This document shows positions 1 to 12,399 of a stretch of DNA of 64,000 nt, piece by piece. The first letter of the stretch is position 1; each line of letters begins with the position of its first letter. The notes under the pieces are model-generated. The model was not told the origin of the DNA, ran no database searches, and worked only from the letters and a program-made list of their open reading frames with translations. A program made the position numbers and the translations under genes. This DNA comes from Octopus vulgaris (lineage: Eukaryota), in NCBI GenBank assembly GCA_951406725.2, contig OX597815.1:48298001-48362000 (forward strand), in the 5' to 3' direction.

Positions 1-735
1 GGAAGGGGCGAGTCGATTATATCAACCTCGGTGCTCAAAGGGTACTAGGGTACTTTGCCTCTGAAAGAATGAAAGGCAAATTTGACCTCAGCAGTATTTG
101 AACTTAGAACATGAAGAGAGATGAAATTATGCAAAGTATTTGCCTGGCATGCTAATGATTCTGCCAGCTTGCCATCTTAGTAATAATAATGATTTCAAAT
201 TTTGGCACAAGGCCAACAAGTCTGAGGGGCAGGGGTTTGCCAATTCTTTTCTACTCTAGGCACAAAGCCTGAAATTTTTGGGGAGGGGGGCCAGTCAATT
301 AAATCAACCCCAGTATGCAACTGGTACTTAATTTATCGACCCCGAAAGGATGAAAGGCAAAGTTGACCTTGGCGGAGGGGTTTGTCAATTACATCAATCC
401 CAGCACTCAACTGATACTTATTTTGTTGACCCTGAAAAGATAAAAGGGTAAGTCAACTTCGGTGGAATTTGAACTCAGAATGTAAAGGCAGACAAAGTGC
501 CACTAAGCATTTTGTCCAGTGTGCTAATCCTTTCTACTATGGGCACAATGTCTGGAATCTGTGAAAAGGGAATAGTCGATTACATCAATCCCAGTACTTG
601 ACTGGTGCTTAATTTATCGACCCCAAAATGATGAAAGGCAATGTTGACTGTAGAGGAATTTGAACTCAGAATATAAAACACAGACGAAATGCAGCTAACA
701 GCATGCTAATGATTCTGCCAGCCTGTAGTAATAAT
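1..735 (-). mobile_element. Cluster of about 4 nested, decayed copies of SINE family A (tRNA-like head, Nin/Deu-like central domain)
   Basis: Repeated blocks 'cccagt..aactggtactta.tttatcgacccc.aaaggatgaaaggcaaagttgacct.ggtggaatttgaactcagaa' match the intact copies at 11369-11600 and 50393-50621; (AAT)n spacers lie between copies. Confidence 0.85.
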
Positions 736-769
736 AATGAGAATTTCTGTTATTTTTCAATAATGACCA

Positions 770-1380
770 CTAAGTTATGGAGATGTAAACACACCAACAC
801 TGTTGGTCAAGTATTGGTGGGGGACAAACACAGACAGAAAGATATATATATATTTTACCCTCTCTCTCTCTATATATATATATATACACACACACACATG
901 GGCTTTTTTCAGTTTCTGTCTACCAAAGCCATAGTAGAAGAAACTTGCCCATGGTGCCACACAGTGGGACTGAACACAGAACCATGTGGTTGGGGACCAA
1001 ACTTCTTACCACACAACTATGCCTATATATCACGGTTAAGTAGTTTGCTTCCTATTCATGTGGTCTTGAGTTCAATCCACTATGTAGTCCTTTGGGCTAA
1101 AGCGTTGCAAGTTGATTTGATAGATGGAAACTGTGTGGAAGCCTGTTGTATAAATGCATGTATATATATATGTATATGTGTGTCTATTTTGTCCAACCAC
1201 ACATATCACCTGAGGAACAGAGTTGGTTTGTTTATGTTCCCACAATTCAGCAGTTCATTCAAGAGATGAACAGAATAAGTACCAGACGTAAAAAATAAGA
1301 AGCAGAGTCAATTTGTTCAACCACACCTTTCAAGGTGGTACGCCAGCATGGCCACTGTCCAATAACTGACACAATAAAAG
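770..1380. mobile_element. Two decayed SINE family B copies in opposite orientation (about 770-1025 minus, 1030-1380 plus)
   Basis: Similar to the best B copy at 51203-51630: 'gactgaac..agaaccatgtggttggg', 'agaataagtaccag', 'ccagcatggccac'. Confidence 0.75.
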
Positions 1381-1382
1381 TT

Positions 1383-1455
1383 AAAAAGAAAGAAAGAAAG
1401 ATAGATAGATAGATGGGCAAAAAGATAGATAGACGGACGGACGGACGGACGGACG

Positions 1456-1545
<90 letters not shown>
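1383..1545. repeat. Compound tetranucleotide microsatellite (AAAG)n-(AGAT)n-(GGAC)n-(AGAC)n
   Basis: Read directly from the sequence. Confidence 0.95.
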
Positions 1546-2027
1546 TATCAGTTCAAGAATTAATGCAAAAATCAATGCCATTGAGTTTCATATGTAATCT
1601 TAGATGGTAATTCAACCTAGAAATAATAACCAAATCTCCCTCAAAGTACATCATATGTTCTTGAAATGATAAAGAGAGAGAGAGAGGGGTAGAAAGAGAG
1701 AGGGGGGGAGAGAATGGGGTGGGGGCTGAGATCTGATGGGTAATGTAGTTGTAGACATTCAATGCTTGAAAGAAATCTGGGATGCTCAAGGATGGAATGT
1801 ATTTGATCATCAGTCTGGTTAATTGGGATTGACATAAGACTAAATAACAAGGAGCCAAGACATACTTTATGAGGTCACTTGACATGCTAGAAATAGCAAT
1901 TAAATCTCTATCAAATCATACCTATCATTTGACCATATTAGATAATGTAGACTTGGATACGGCCCTCAAAAGATTGAATCATTTAGAACAAGAATGCTGT
2001 TGAAGGTATGTCTGCATGTTCAAGATA

Positions 2028-2330
2028 AAAAAAAAATGTCGCCCTTTTCAAGCCTAGCCAGGCTCATGGGCCCAGTTTCCCGGTTTCTGTGGCGTATGTG
2101 TTCCCCCAGCTGGACGGAACGCCAGTTCATTGCAGTGTTACTCAAGAAACAGGAAAGTTGTGGCGAAAGAGTACAACAGGGCTCGCCACCCCCCCCCCCC
2201 CTGCCGGAGCCTCGTGGGGCTTTTAGGTGTTTTCGCTCAATAAACACACACAACGCTCGGTCTGGGAATTGAAACCGCGATCCTCTGACCGCAAGTCTGC
2301 TGCCCTAACCACTGGGCAATTGCGCCTCCA
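2028..2330 (-). mobile_element. tRNA-derived SINE family C with tail type 2
   Basis: Reverse complement begins 'tggaggcgcaattgcccagtggttagggcagcagact...ggtttcaattccc' (A/B-box-like); colinear with 59614-59920. Confidence 0.85.
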
Positions 2331-2572
2331 AGTATATTCCAGATAGACCTGGAATAATGCAGCAACAACAAGAAGCAGGAACATAGTTTGCAAGGCCACT
2401 TGACAAGCTAGAAATGGTAACTAATACTCTATCAATCACACCAAAGCAGAAGGCCGTATCAGATAACGTAAGACTAGGATATAATCCTCAAAAAATGGGA
2501 CAGTCATTCGGGACAAGAATGATGTTCAAGGTGTATGTTCAGAATAAAACTGGAGAGAGAGAGAGCAGAAGG

Positions 2573-2623
<51 letters not shown>

Positions 2624-2785
2624 CTGTATATATACACACACAAAGGGTAAGAGAGACAGGCGGGACATGTATTTGTATAAAAGTTTATGCAATTGACTTT
2701 GCCATAAAACACTTTTGCTATGTTCTTGCACCTATTTTTCTCTCCTGTTTTTATTTTATTATTATCACTGTTATTGTTGTTGTTG

Positions 2786-2870
<85 letters not shown>

Positions 2871-2930
2871 AATTGATGAAACAACTTCCATTTTCTCAAT
2901 CTCACTCTCTCCACTTTCTTACTGACTCAC

Positions 2931-2971
2931 TTCCATTTCAGCTAAAGAAGCAATTATGATGTCAGCAGCAT
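2931..2971 (-). CDS. Candidate 41-nt exon (either 5'UTR plus Met-Glu, or internal xAADIIIASLAEME)
   Basis: Long polypyrimidine acceptor 'ttttttttctttttattttatcctctttag' and donor GAA|gtgagt in non-repetitive sequence; protein not recognised. Confidence 0.4.
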
Positions 2972-3186
2972 CTAAAGAGGATAAAATAAAAAAGAAAAAA
3001 AAGGTTGACACTACCATACACTTCCATCATTTATTTTGTTTTTTTATTGTCTATTTTTATTTATTTTTTTCCATACGGACTTTGTTTTTTTTTGTTTGGT
3101 TTTTCTTTGTTCTCTATAAACAGATAAGACACCAAAACTTCTCGCAGGCACATAATTCTGTACCATATTTTTTTCCTTCTTTTGTT

Positions 3187-3187
3187 T

Positions 3188-3220
<33 letters not shown>

Positions 3221-3438
3221 GAAAAACAAGAATATATATATATATATATATACACACACATCTGTGTGTATACATACATACACGCACATATATATATATA
3301 TATATATATACATATATATATACCTATGTACACAAACGTGTATATATATAAATATATATATATATACATACACACATGTACATACATATACATAAGCATA
3401 TATGTGTGTGTATACACATATACGTATGCATAGGGGAT

Positions 3439-3481
<43 letters not shown>

Positions 3482-3485
3482 TGCA
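3187..3485. repeat. Degenerate (TA)n/(CA)n microsatellite field
   Basis: Read directly from the sequence. Confidence 0.9.
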
Positions 3486-3694
3486 TGTGTACAAATTTTA
3501 TCACAACTCTATTTACCATTCTTTGTTCACGAAACCAAACAAAACCCCTTTCATGTGACATTAACGTTTTAGAAGATTTGCAACTCCAAAACCGAAGCTC
3601 TTGCCACAACACGCATACAAGCCACTCCTCCACTTCACACACACACACACAACACATGGTTTACAAACCTACTTCTTTCTCCATCTCCCCACTT

Positions 3695-3739
<45 letters not shown>

Positions 3740-3767
3740 TATATGTATGTATGTTTATATGTAAGTA

Positions 3768-3809
<42 letters not shown>

Positions 3810-4039
3810 TATATCCCACAGTTCTTCCTTGGGTTTCTCAGCACACCTACATTCAGTAATGCGTAAATCTGTTTTCTTATAAACAACTTAAGTCCTGTAC
3901 AATAGGTGTGTTTATAAAATAGATTTGGTGCGGGTACACATATGGCTTCTACTACCCAGGAACAGAAGCGTAAGAAATCTGGTTTACTTTTTCAACATGA
4001 CGATTCTGATTTTTAGTGGATTGTTTGACATGCTAGGTA

Positions 4040-4100
<61 letters not shown>

Positions 4101-5881
4101 TAGATGTGTCTGAGTGCAAGTGAAGATATGTGTGAACCTCGTGATCGCAGGTTCAGTATCACTGCATGGTGATTGTCTACTATATCCTGGAATGGAATTT
4201 AGTGGTGATGAAATGAACAGAAGTTTGTTGTACATGTGTGTGTGTGTGTGAGTGAGTGAAGCTGGGGCTTAGGGGGTTTGGCTTATGATCGCAAAGTCAT
4301 GAGTTCAGTCTTCAGTAAATACTTTATTTCAGATTGCTCCACTCTACTGAGCTAGCAAAAATGAGCTTGTCTTCTCACATACTGTGTCATGCTGACTCTC
4401 TTTGAGAACTACATTGAGGGTATGCATGTCTGTGGAGTGCTCAGTCACTTGCACTTTAATTTCATAAGCAGGTCATTCTGTTGATTGAATCACCAATTTC
4501 ATCTCTGACCAAAAAGATCACTATATATTCAACGCATTTTAGTCACTAAATAGCAAACTGAAGCAGTAAACCAGAGCAGTAGAACAACACCAAAACAATG
4601 GACAACAGTATCAACACATCCTAACCAGACAATTCCAAAAAAAAAACACTAGTGGCTTCCTGATCCAACAACATCTCATATAAACTTTGAACTATTTTTG
4701 TGTAAACATTATTTCTTTCAAGTAACATTTATTTTCTGAACAATAAAAAAAAAAAAATTTTCACATTTAAAATCATGACTATTTTTGTGTTTTTCATCAT
4801 AACAATTTCATCATGGCTAAATATGTTTCCATGGAATAGTGGAAACAAATGACTTGTGTGATACCACAAATACACATTGTCAAGACAATCACACACAAAT
4901 ACACAAACATATATGATGATTGTTGAATCTTGTCAGATAATAATTGTCTCATATTCAGCCTAATTGACTTTCATCCCCACTTGTGCACAGATACGACTTT
5001 ACACATTGTCATGCATCCATTGCCATGAGTCTTTATTTAAATGCAAAACAGACCAGAAAATGAAATGATAGTGCCACACTCGAGATTTAAGTGACAAAAG
5101 CTTGTACAGTACTTCTGCCATTGTAGTTTCCAGTGACAAACAATGCAAGATGATTGGTATTATTTTGACAGCAAGTTTTATGTCACAGTATCTTCCTCCT
5201 AGAAAAGTTGCCTTCCCCACAACTTTGTCAAATATAATGGGAACCTCCTCTATTCCTGGGAAATCTATTTAACCCACACATGGGACCCTTACAGGTACTA
5301 CCATTCCGAGTCAGAAGATACCCAGGAATAATGGTAATTAAGTGGTGACTGCATGCTCCTCACAACTCCAGAACTCCCGAAATGGAACCTCACCACTCAG
5401 GACAACATACATACATACATATATGATGGGCTTCTTTCAGTTTCCATCAACAAAATCCACTCATTAGTCTTTGGTTGACTCAAGGCTATAGTAAAAGATA
5501 CTTGCATATGGTGCTATGCAGTGGCACCGAACCCAAAATCATGTGATTGGGAAACAAACTTCTCAACCACACAGCCATGTTTGCACCTGGCATCAAAATA
5601 GTTTATGAAAAACATGAAAGCAAAGTCATTCAATTTCATCATTAGTTTATCAGTTTCACTCAGTTTATCTTCATCCCATATTTCATAACTGCCTCAATTT
5701 TTTGGAAATGCACTTTTCAAGTTTGCCTGCAACTATTTTGTGGCAAAGCTCTGGATCTATAACACCACCTTGTTTCACACCGTAACACAATACTGATGTT
5801 AAAATCTCTAAAGATTTTAAGCATTAATTATACACATTACATCCAAGACTGCTAACCGAGTATGTTGGCGACTTAACTTAC

Positions 5882-5953
5882 CCGAATACTTTTACTTGGC
5901 ATGTATTCCTTGAAGAAATGTTCTTTTTTCTCCTTCACTTGATCCGCTAACAT
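5882..5953 (-). CDS. Candidate first coding exon MLADQVKEKKEHFFKEYMPSKSIR (phase 0)
   Basis: ATG at 5953-5951, 24 open codons ending at the consensus donor CGG|gtaagt; unique sequence that retains CpGs; no homology recognised. Confidence 0.35.
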
Positions 5954-6085
5954 AATTAAGATTTAAACCCCTAATTATAGCAGCTTATTACTTAATGCTA
6001 TTTACTTTATTTTTGAAATTTTATATATTCTACCTTTCACTTCCCTTTCATATTCTTTCATCTAAAGAACTAAATTTTGTATTGG

Positions 6086-6123
<38 letters not shown>

Positions 6124-6641
6124 AGTTGTAGAAAAAAACTACATCTTCTAGCATTTCATTGTAATCCATCCTTCTCTTTCTCATCACAAATTTTCAACTC
6201 CTGGTAATCTCTTCTTCCTTTCAGAATAATATACAATTTCTCTATCATCTTCAGTTTTAGAAAATCTATGTTTTCAAACAGTCTTTCCAATTTTTAGATA
6301 TAAATTTCATTTACTGAATCATACATCATATTCGTCTGATAAACTAATACAAAATGAAATGTATGACCATCTCTAAAGAATCACTTTCTAAAGAATTAAA
6401 GGTAATGCATATGTGTGTGCCTGTGTATGTGTGGTATGTATTTATATTCTTACTCTACTCCCCCTCTTGCTCTCTCTTACATGGAGAAATAGGTAAACCA
6501 GTTACATCAACCCAGTGCTCAACTGGTACATATTTTATTGATCCTGAAAGGATGAAAGGCAAAGTTGACCTTGGTGGAATTTGAATTTAGAAAGATGGAT
6601 GAAATGCTGCCAAGCATTTTGCCCAATGTACTAACGATTCT

Positions 6642-6874
6642 TATTTCTTTATTGCCCACAAGCGGCTAAACATAGAGGGGACAAACAAGGACAGACGAAG
6701 GTATTAAGTCGATTACATTAACCCTAGTGCGTAACTGGTACTTAATTTATCGACCCCAAAAGGATGAAAGGCAAAGTCAGCCTCGGCAGAATTTGAACTC
6801 AGAACGTAACGGTAGACGAAATACTACTAAGCATTTCGCCCGGCGTGCTAACGATTCTGCCAGCTCACCGCCCT
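6642..6874 (-). mobile_element. Full-length young family A SINE (3' part of the U6 chimera)
   Basis: Near-identical to 50393-50621 and 11369-11600, including the 'aataaagaaataa' tail; most CpGs intact. Confidence 0.9.
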
Positions 6875-6983
6875 AAAAAAATATGGAATGCTTCATGAAT
6901 TTGCATGTCATCTTTGCGCAAGGGCCATGCTAATCATCCCTGTATCATTCCCATTCTAGAATATGTACCACCGTAGCTAGTAC
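6875..6983 (-). pseudogene. U6: Full-length divergent U6 snRNA copy (retropseudogene)
   Basis: Reverse complement GTACTAGCTACGGTGGTACATATTCTAGAATGGGAATGATACAGGGATGATTAGCATGGCCCTTGCGCAAAGATGACATGCAAATTCATGAAGCATTCCATATTTTTTT aligns without gaps to canonical U6 (about 17 substitutions in 106 nt versus human U6 as recalled); upstream sequence is SINE, with no PSE/TATA. Confidence 0.95.
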
Positions 6984-8392
6984 TAACGATTCTGCAAGCT
7001 CAACACATAACTGTTCGTAACTGTACATCTTATAAAACAGTAGCGACAAAGGAAACAGTTATGTGACTAGAAAAGAGCAACTGTGACCCTGCATGCAACA
7101 CCTGTTGAATACTCTTACACTCACAAGACAGGAAATTATAGAATTCATGGTATTTCAACATTGCATAAGTGCATGATATTCCAGCAACCAAATGACTGAA
7201 CATCCCAGAGATCTAATGAACATCCTTGAGATCTACATTAAAGAAATTGGGCACCGGCACAAAGATGCAGGAGAAGATATGTAAAATGGCACTTTCTGGA
7301 AATGTTAGGAGTGACTAGTCACTATCTCCACTGTGAAGATGATAGATCCAGTGACAAGGGTGACTTAAAATGACAAGTACCTCCTCCCAGCTGTGAGAGA
7401 AAAATATTGAAACCTTTAATGTGATCACAAGAACAATGAACCACCTGGAGAAGCAAGTGAACTCTTGGTACTATGTATCTATCTAGATATTTTCAAGATG
7501 TCTATGTGATTTTAAAAAATTAAACCTTCAGATGGAAATTTTGTTTCTAGTTTATTTTGAAAATTATTCTACATGTAATTGTTGTGATTTGGTAGCACTT
7601 ATTTTATATTAAAAATAACATTTCATTAAAAATGTCTATCTGAAAATTTAATTTTTAAAAAAAATCAGTTTTTGTTCGGAGTTACTGTTCTTTTAGATGG
7701 TTTACATGTAATGGTGCTTGTAGAACCCATGCATCCTTCCACCTGTGTGTGTAAATGTATGAAAGTGTTTTCCAGTTGTAGAGTAGATACACTGGCTCCT
7801 TGTATGTTTTCAGAGGCAACAAAGGTTGGCAACAGGAAAGGCATCTGGTGAAAAAAACACCACAACAAAAAGCCTAGTCTATTCATGACAGCATAGAAAA
7901 GCAGATGTTAATTTTATTTATACATAGTTATATTCCTCTCAATATCAGCCCCACCCATCCCGCCCACTCTCACTGAGTCAAAAGAACTTTTTTTTTTCCT
8001 TCTATTGCCTTTTATTGTCTAGTAAGTTACCTGCCTGATAGCCTTACTAGCAGTAGAGACACACAAAAAAAATAGTACCCAGTATACACTGTAAAGTGGT
8101 TGACATTACAAAGAGGATCTGGTCATAGAAACTATACCAAAATTGACACTAGTGCTCAACACAGCCCTGAAACTTCAAGATCTTAAACCATCCAACTCAT
8201 GCTAGTAGAGAAAATGGGTGTTAAAGGATGTTAAATAATGATGATGATAAGTTTGCTTCCCAACCAAATGGTTCCAGGTTCAGTCCCACAGCATGGCATC
8301 TTGGGCAAGTGTCTTCTACTATAGCCTCAGACCAGCCAGAGCCTTAGTAGACAGAAAATGAAAGAAGCCCATCATATATATATATATATATA

Positions 8393-9652
8393 CAGGGGTT
8401 GGACAAAATAATGGAAACACCTTAAAATTTCAAACAAATTTATTTTAATATCAGGTAGGACCGCCTTTGGCAGTAATTACAGCTTGAATTCTACAATTGG
8501 ACTCGTACAAAGTTTGAATTGTTTCAAAAGGAATTTTTGTCCATTCTTCAGCTAAAACAGTCTCCAGTTCTTGTAGCGATGATGGTGGAGGATATCAATT
8601 CCTTACTTGTATTTCTAAAATGCACCATAAATGTTAAATAATATTGAGATTTGAGGGCTGTGGTGGCCAGATAAGATGTTCAACTTCACTAGAATGATCC
8701 TCATGCCATTCAGTAACAATTTTAGCTGTGTGAATTGGTGCATTATCATCCTTAAAGATTGTGTTTCTCTCCAGAAGACAGTTCTGCAACCATAGGATGA
8801 ATTTGATCACATAAATTGCTTAGTCTTGACTATATTAATTCTGCCATGAAGGGAAACCATTGGGCCAGCTGATTTCCAAGATATAGCCCCACCAGATCAT
8901 CACAGATCCTCCTCCATGTTTAACAATTGGAAGAAGGCAGTCTGGGTCAAATGCTTGTTTTGGCTGTCTCCACACGTATACTCGGCTGGTGGTCGGAAAT
9001 AGGGTAAAGGATGACTTGTCTGAGAAAATAACATTCTTCCACAGCTCTAGGGACCAATCTTGTATGTTTTTACACCACTCTAAACACCTTGGAACATTTC
9101 TTTTTAAAGTATTGATTTTCTTATTGCAGCCCTCCCGTAAAATCTGGTTTTGTGCAGCTCCCGGCGAACAGTTTTTGTGGAAACTGGGTTCTTGAGGTGG
9201 TCATTAAGCTCTGCAGTAATTTTGGGAGCTGTACTTTTGTGAACCTTTCTAACAATTTGTGTAAGAGTCCGATGGTCCCTATCTGAAAGTTTTGGTTTTC
9301 TTCTGGAGTTTTGTTTCGACGAGGAGGTTTTTTCCCTCTTTCTAAAAGACTGTCATTGCTTTTGAGACAGTACTTCTTGATACACCAAACATTTCGGCTG
9401 TTTTTGTTATGCTAGTGCCTGCCATACGAGCATCAACAATTTGACCGCTTTGAAAGTCCGATAGAACTCTTTTGTTAATGAATTTAATTACCATTTACTG
9501 ATGATATTTGAAAAGAAACAGTAATTTTAGCAAAACATATTAAGCAACACTAATAATAAATCAAAAAGCATAAAAATAAACAAGCTTTTGACGGTTTTAT
9601 AGATATTTCAAAATTATGATGCTGTGTGTTTCCATTATTTTGTCCATCCCTG
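8393..9652 (-). mobile_element. Tc1-family transposon with DD36E spacing (Incomer-like), decayed transposase
   Basis: TIRs caggggttggacaaaataatggaaacac / gtgtttccattattttgtccatccctg with TA flanks. Minus strand gives LSDFQSGQIVDARMAG, FSDKSSF, KHGGGSVMIW and DDNAPIHTAK...WPPQPSNLNII*; the stop sits at the expected E, with 36 residues between it and the D. Confidence 0.92.
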
Positions 9653-9694
9653 TATATATGTATGTATATATATATATATATATATATACATACA

Positions 9695-10885
9695 CAGGGT
9701 GCATAGGCTATTTGAGGATATACCTTTTTTGGGTCATTGCTGCATTTTTGCTAACTCTGTATAATCATTGTTTCAGAAAATAATAATGGCAGACCCGCAC
9801 CTTACTCAAGAAATGAAGAGGCATGCTGTTATTGTGGTTATAAAGGCTGAGCATAGTGATTTAGGTATATCTTGATTTTAAAAAGTTGCCAGGTCTTTCA
9901 TCTACAAAGTTTGTAAGAAGCTAGAGACTGAAGATGGAAACGTATCACCAGTATCAAAGCATAAAAAGCATTCTAAACACTCTGAAATCATCATAACACC
10001 TGAATTTATCCAGCAAGTTCAACAGACCATTGATTACAATTCCAGAAAGTCCATGAGGTCAATTGCAAAAGATTTCCTTGTATCAAAAGGAACAGTCAGA
10101 AATGTCGTCCACAAAGATATCAGATATAAGTCTTATATGATGAGGAAATGCAAATTTGTCAGAAAAAGCAAAAAAAATCACTACATCAGATCTAAAAACT
10201 CTTAAACAAACTGAAAAATCCAGCAGAAGATTTGATTTGGTTTTTCTCAAATGAGAAAATCTTTGACCAAGATCAAAAAGTTAACTGAAGTAATGTGCAG
10301 ACCCTTCTGAAGTTCCAAGTATTATGCTGTAACTGTCATGGCTTTAGGGTGTCAGCAATGAGGGACATGTGAAACCTCCCTTCTTTCCACAAGGCCTTAG
10401 AATTAACTATGCCACCTACATTGAGGTTCTAGAAATAATTGTTAAGCCCTGGATAGACAGTGTATGTAATGGAAGGTCATATGTGTTTCAGTTAGACTCT
10501 GCACTATCACACATGGCTCTAGTAACACAAGAATGGATGGCTGAAAATTTTCATGATCACATAATCCCTAACATTTAGACTCCTAATTCTCAAAATCACA
10601 ATCCATTGGACTATTACATGTGGAACATTAAATTTCTTTGAAAGCTGCCATAGTCAGAGTAATGTCCAAAATGAACCAGGACCACTTGATGCGAGCATGT
10701 AGATGATTTAGATCTCATATAGAAGCAGTTGTTGGAGCTGAAGGTGGCTTTATTGAATAAGATTATAGAAAAGAAGGTTTATTTTTATCCTCATAGCATT
10801 GTTTGATAAATTAAGTTATTATCTGTTATTACATAACTGTTTTTTTATAAACATACATATGTCCTCAGATATCTTACACACCCTG
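9695..10885 (+). mobile_element. maT/DD37D-type Tc1-mariner transposon, decayed
   Basis: Imperfect TIRs cagggtgcataggctatttgaggatata / atatgtcctcagatatcttacacaccctg; FQLDSALSH...*TPNSQNHNPLDYYMW has 37 residues between the two aspartates. Confidence 0.9.
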
Positions 10886-10887
10886 CT

Positions 10888-10918
<31 letters not shown>

Positions 10919-11368
10919 CTGTCTGTCTGTGTTTGCACCCTGCCGTCACTGCTTGACAATCAGTGTTGGTGTGCTTAAGTCCTTGTAACTTAGCAGTTTG
11001 ACAAAAGAGACCGATAGAATAAGTACTAGGCTTAAAAAAAGTCCTGGGGTCGATTTGTTCGACTAAAACCCTTCAAGGCAGTGTGCCAGCATGGTCACAA
11101 TAAAATGACTGAAACAAGTAAAATAATAAAAGAATATATACATATTTGCTTCCCAACCACATGGTTTTGGGTTCAGTTCCATTGCAAGGTACTTTGGGTG
11201 TCTTTCACTAGCCTCAACTGAACTAAACCTTGTATGTGGATTTGTAAGATGGGAACTGGAATAAGCCTGTCTTTTATGTGCGTGAGAGCGTGAGTGAGTG
11301 AGTGTGTGTGTGTGTGTGTGTGCGTGTTGGTTTTGTGTTTGTTCCCTGTTGACAACTGGTATTGTTAA

Positions 11369-11600
11369 GGCGGCGAGCTGGCAGAAACGTTAGCACGCCG
11401 GACGAAATGCTTTGCGGTATTGCGTCTGCCGTTACGTTCTGAGTTCAAATTCCGCCGAGGTCGACTTTGCCTTTCATCCTTTCGGGGTCGATAAATTAAA
11501 GTACCAGTTACGCACTGGGGTCGATGTAATCGACTTAATACCTATGTCTGTCCTTGTTTGTCCCCTCTATGTTTAGCCCCTTGTGGGTAATAAAGAAATA
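11369..11600 (+). mobile_element. Young full-length family A SINE nested in a family B SINE
   Basis: 'ggcggcgagctggcagaaacgttagc...gagttcaaattcc' (A/B-box-like) and 'ctttcatcctttcggggtcgataaattaaagtaccag' (Nin/Deu-like); short TSD ggtattg. Confidence 0.9.
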
Positions 11601-12399
11601 GGTATTGGTTTGTTTACATCCCCGTAACTTAGCAGTTCAGCAAATAGAATAAGTACCAGACTTACAAAAGAAAAAAAAGTATTGGGGTTGACTTGTTCAA
11701 CTAAACCCTTCAAGGAGTACTCCAGTATGACTGCAATTCAATGACCGAAACAGGTGAAAGACAGAAAACACACACACACACACACATATATACATTCAGT
11801 AACACTTTCTTTCAAATTGTTGCTGTCATCATCTATTTCACCATACAACCAGCCAACCAACAAACCAACTCATCTGCCAGCCCGCCAGCCAGTCAGCCAA
11901 CCCCCCACCCCCCACATCACTTCCTCTCTTTCAGCCAACTCTGTCACTTGTGTATCTTGCTTGAGAAGAAAGAAAGAAGAAAGGAATACGTTGTGTAAAC
12001 ATGTGCCAGTGTATGTATGTATGTGTGTGTGTATGTGCATGCATGTGTGTGTGTGTATGTGTAAAAGGTGGCAATGAAGTAATTGTCTGCGTGACATCGT
12101 ACAATCAAGTAAATGTGATGAGCTGCAGATCATTTAAGATAGGTGAAAGAACCAGAGAAATGATGACTAGAAAAATGCAAGACAATGTTACCCAGAAGAA
12201 TAGTTAACTTTCCTTAAGTTTAGCTCATCTGGGAATTAGAGGAGATAATTAACTGGTTGAACTCTGTATATGAAACAACTCAGGGAAGAGCAACTGTTCA
12301 CTATAGTCAAATCAGCTCTCACAAATTATTGTTCACACTTGAACATTTTGTTTCTTCATCTTTTATTGTGGGCATCAACACACACAAAAGAGACGGTAA

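Larger units (their letters stand above)
6490..7005 (-). mobile_element. Old family A SINE interrupted by the U6-SINE insertion
   Basis: Host reads '...gcccaatgtactaacgattct' (to 6641) and resumes 'gtactaacgattctgcaagctc' (from 6980), matching the family A consensus. Confidence 0.8.
8249..11135 (+). mobile_element. Family B SINE split by two DNA transposons inserted in its internal (TA)n tract
   Basis: 5' half 8249-8372 ('tttgcttcccaacc...gaaagaagccc'); 3' half 10900-11135 ('gcttgacaatc...gactgaaacaagtaaaa'). Confidence 0.8.

Noticed and set aside
703-1269. 188-aa ORF, the longest in the track
   Set aside because: It runs through two family B SINEs and a microsatellite; no protein motif.
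6875-6983. Functional U6 gene at this locus
   Set aside because: No upstream type 3 Pol III promoter (the flank is SINE sequence), CpG decay is present, and it lies within a TSD.
7150-7320. Possible R4/Dong LINE 3' remnant
   Set aside because: Only a vague resemblance; no motif could be read convincingly.
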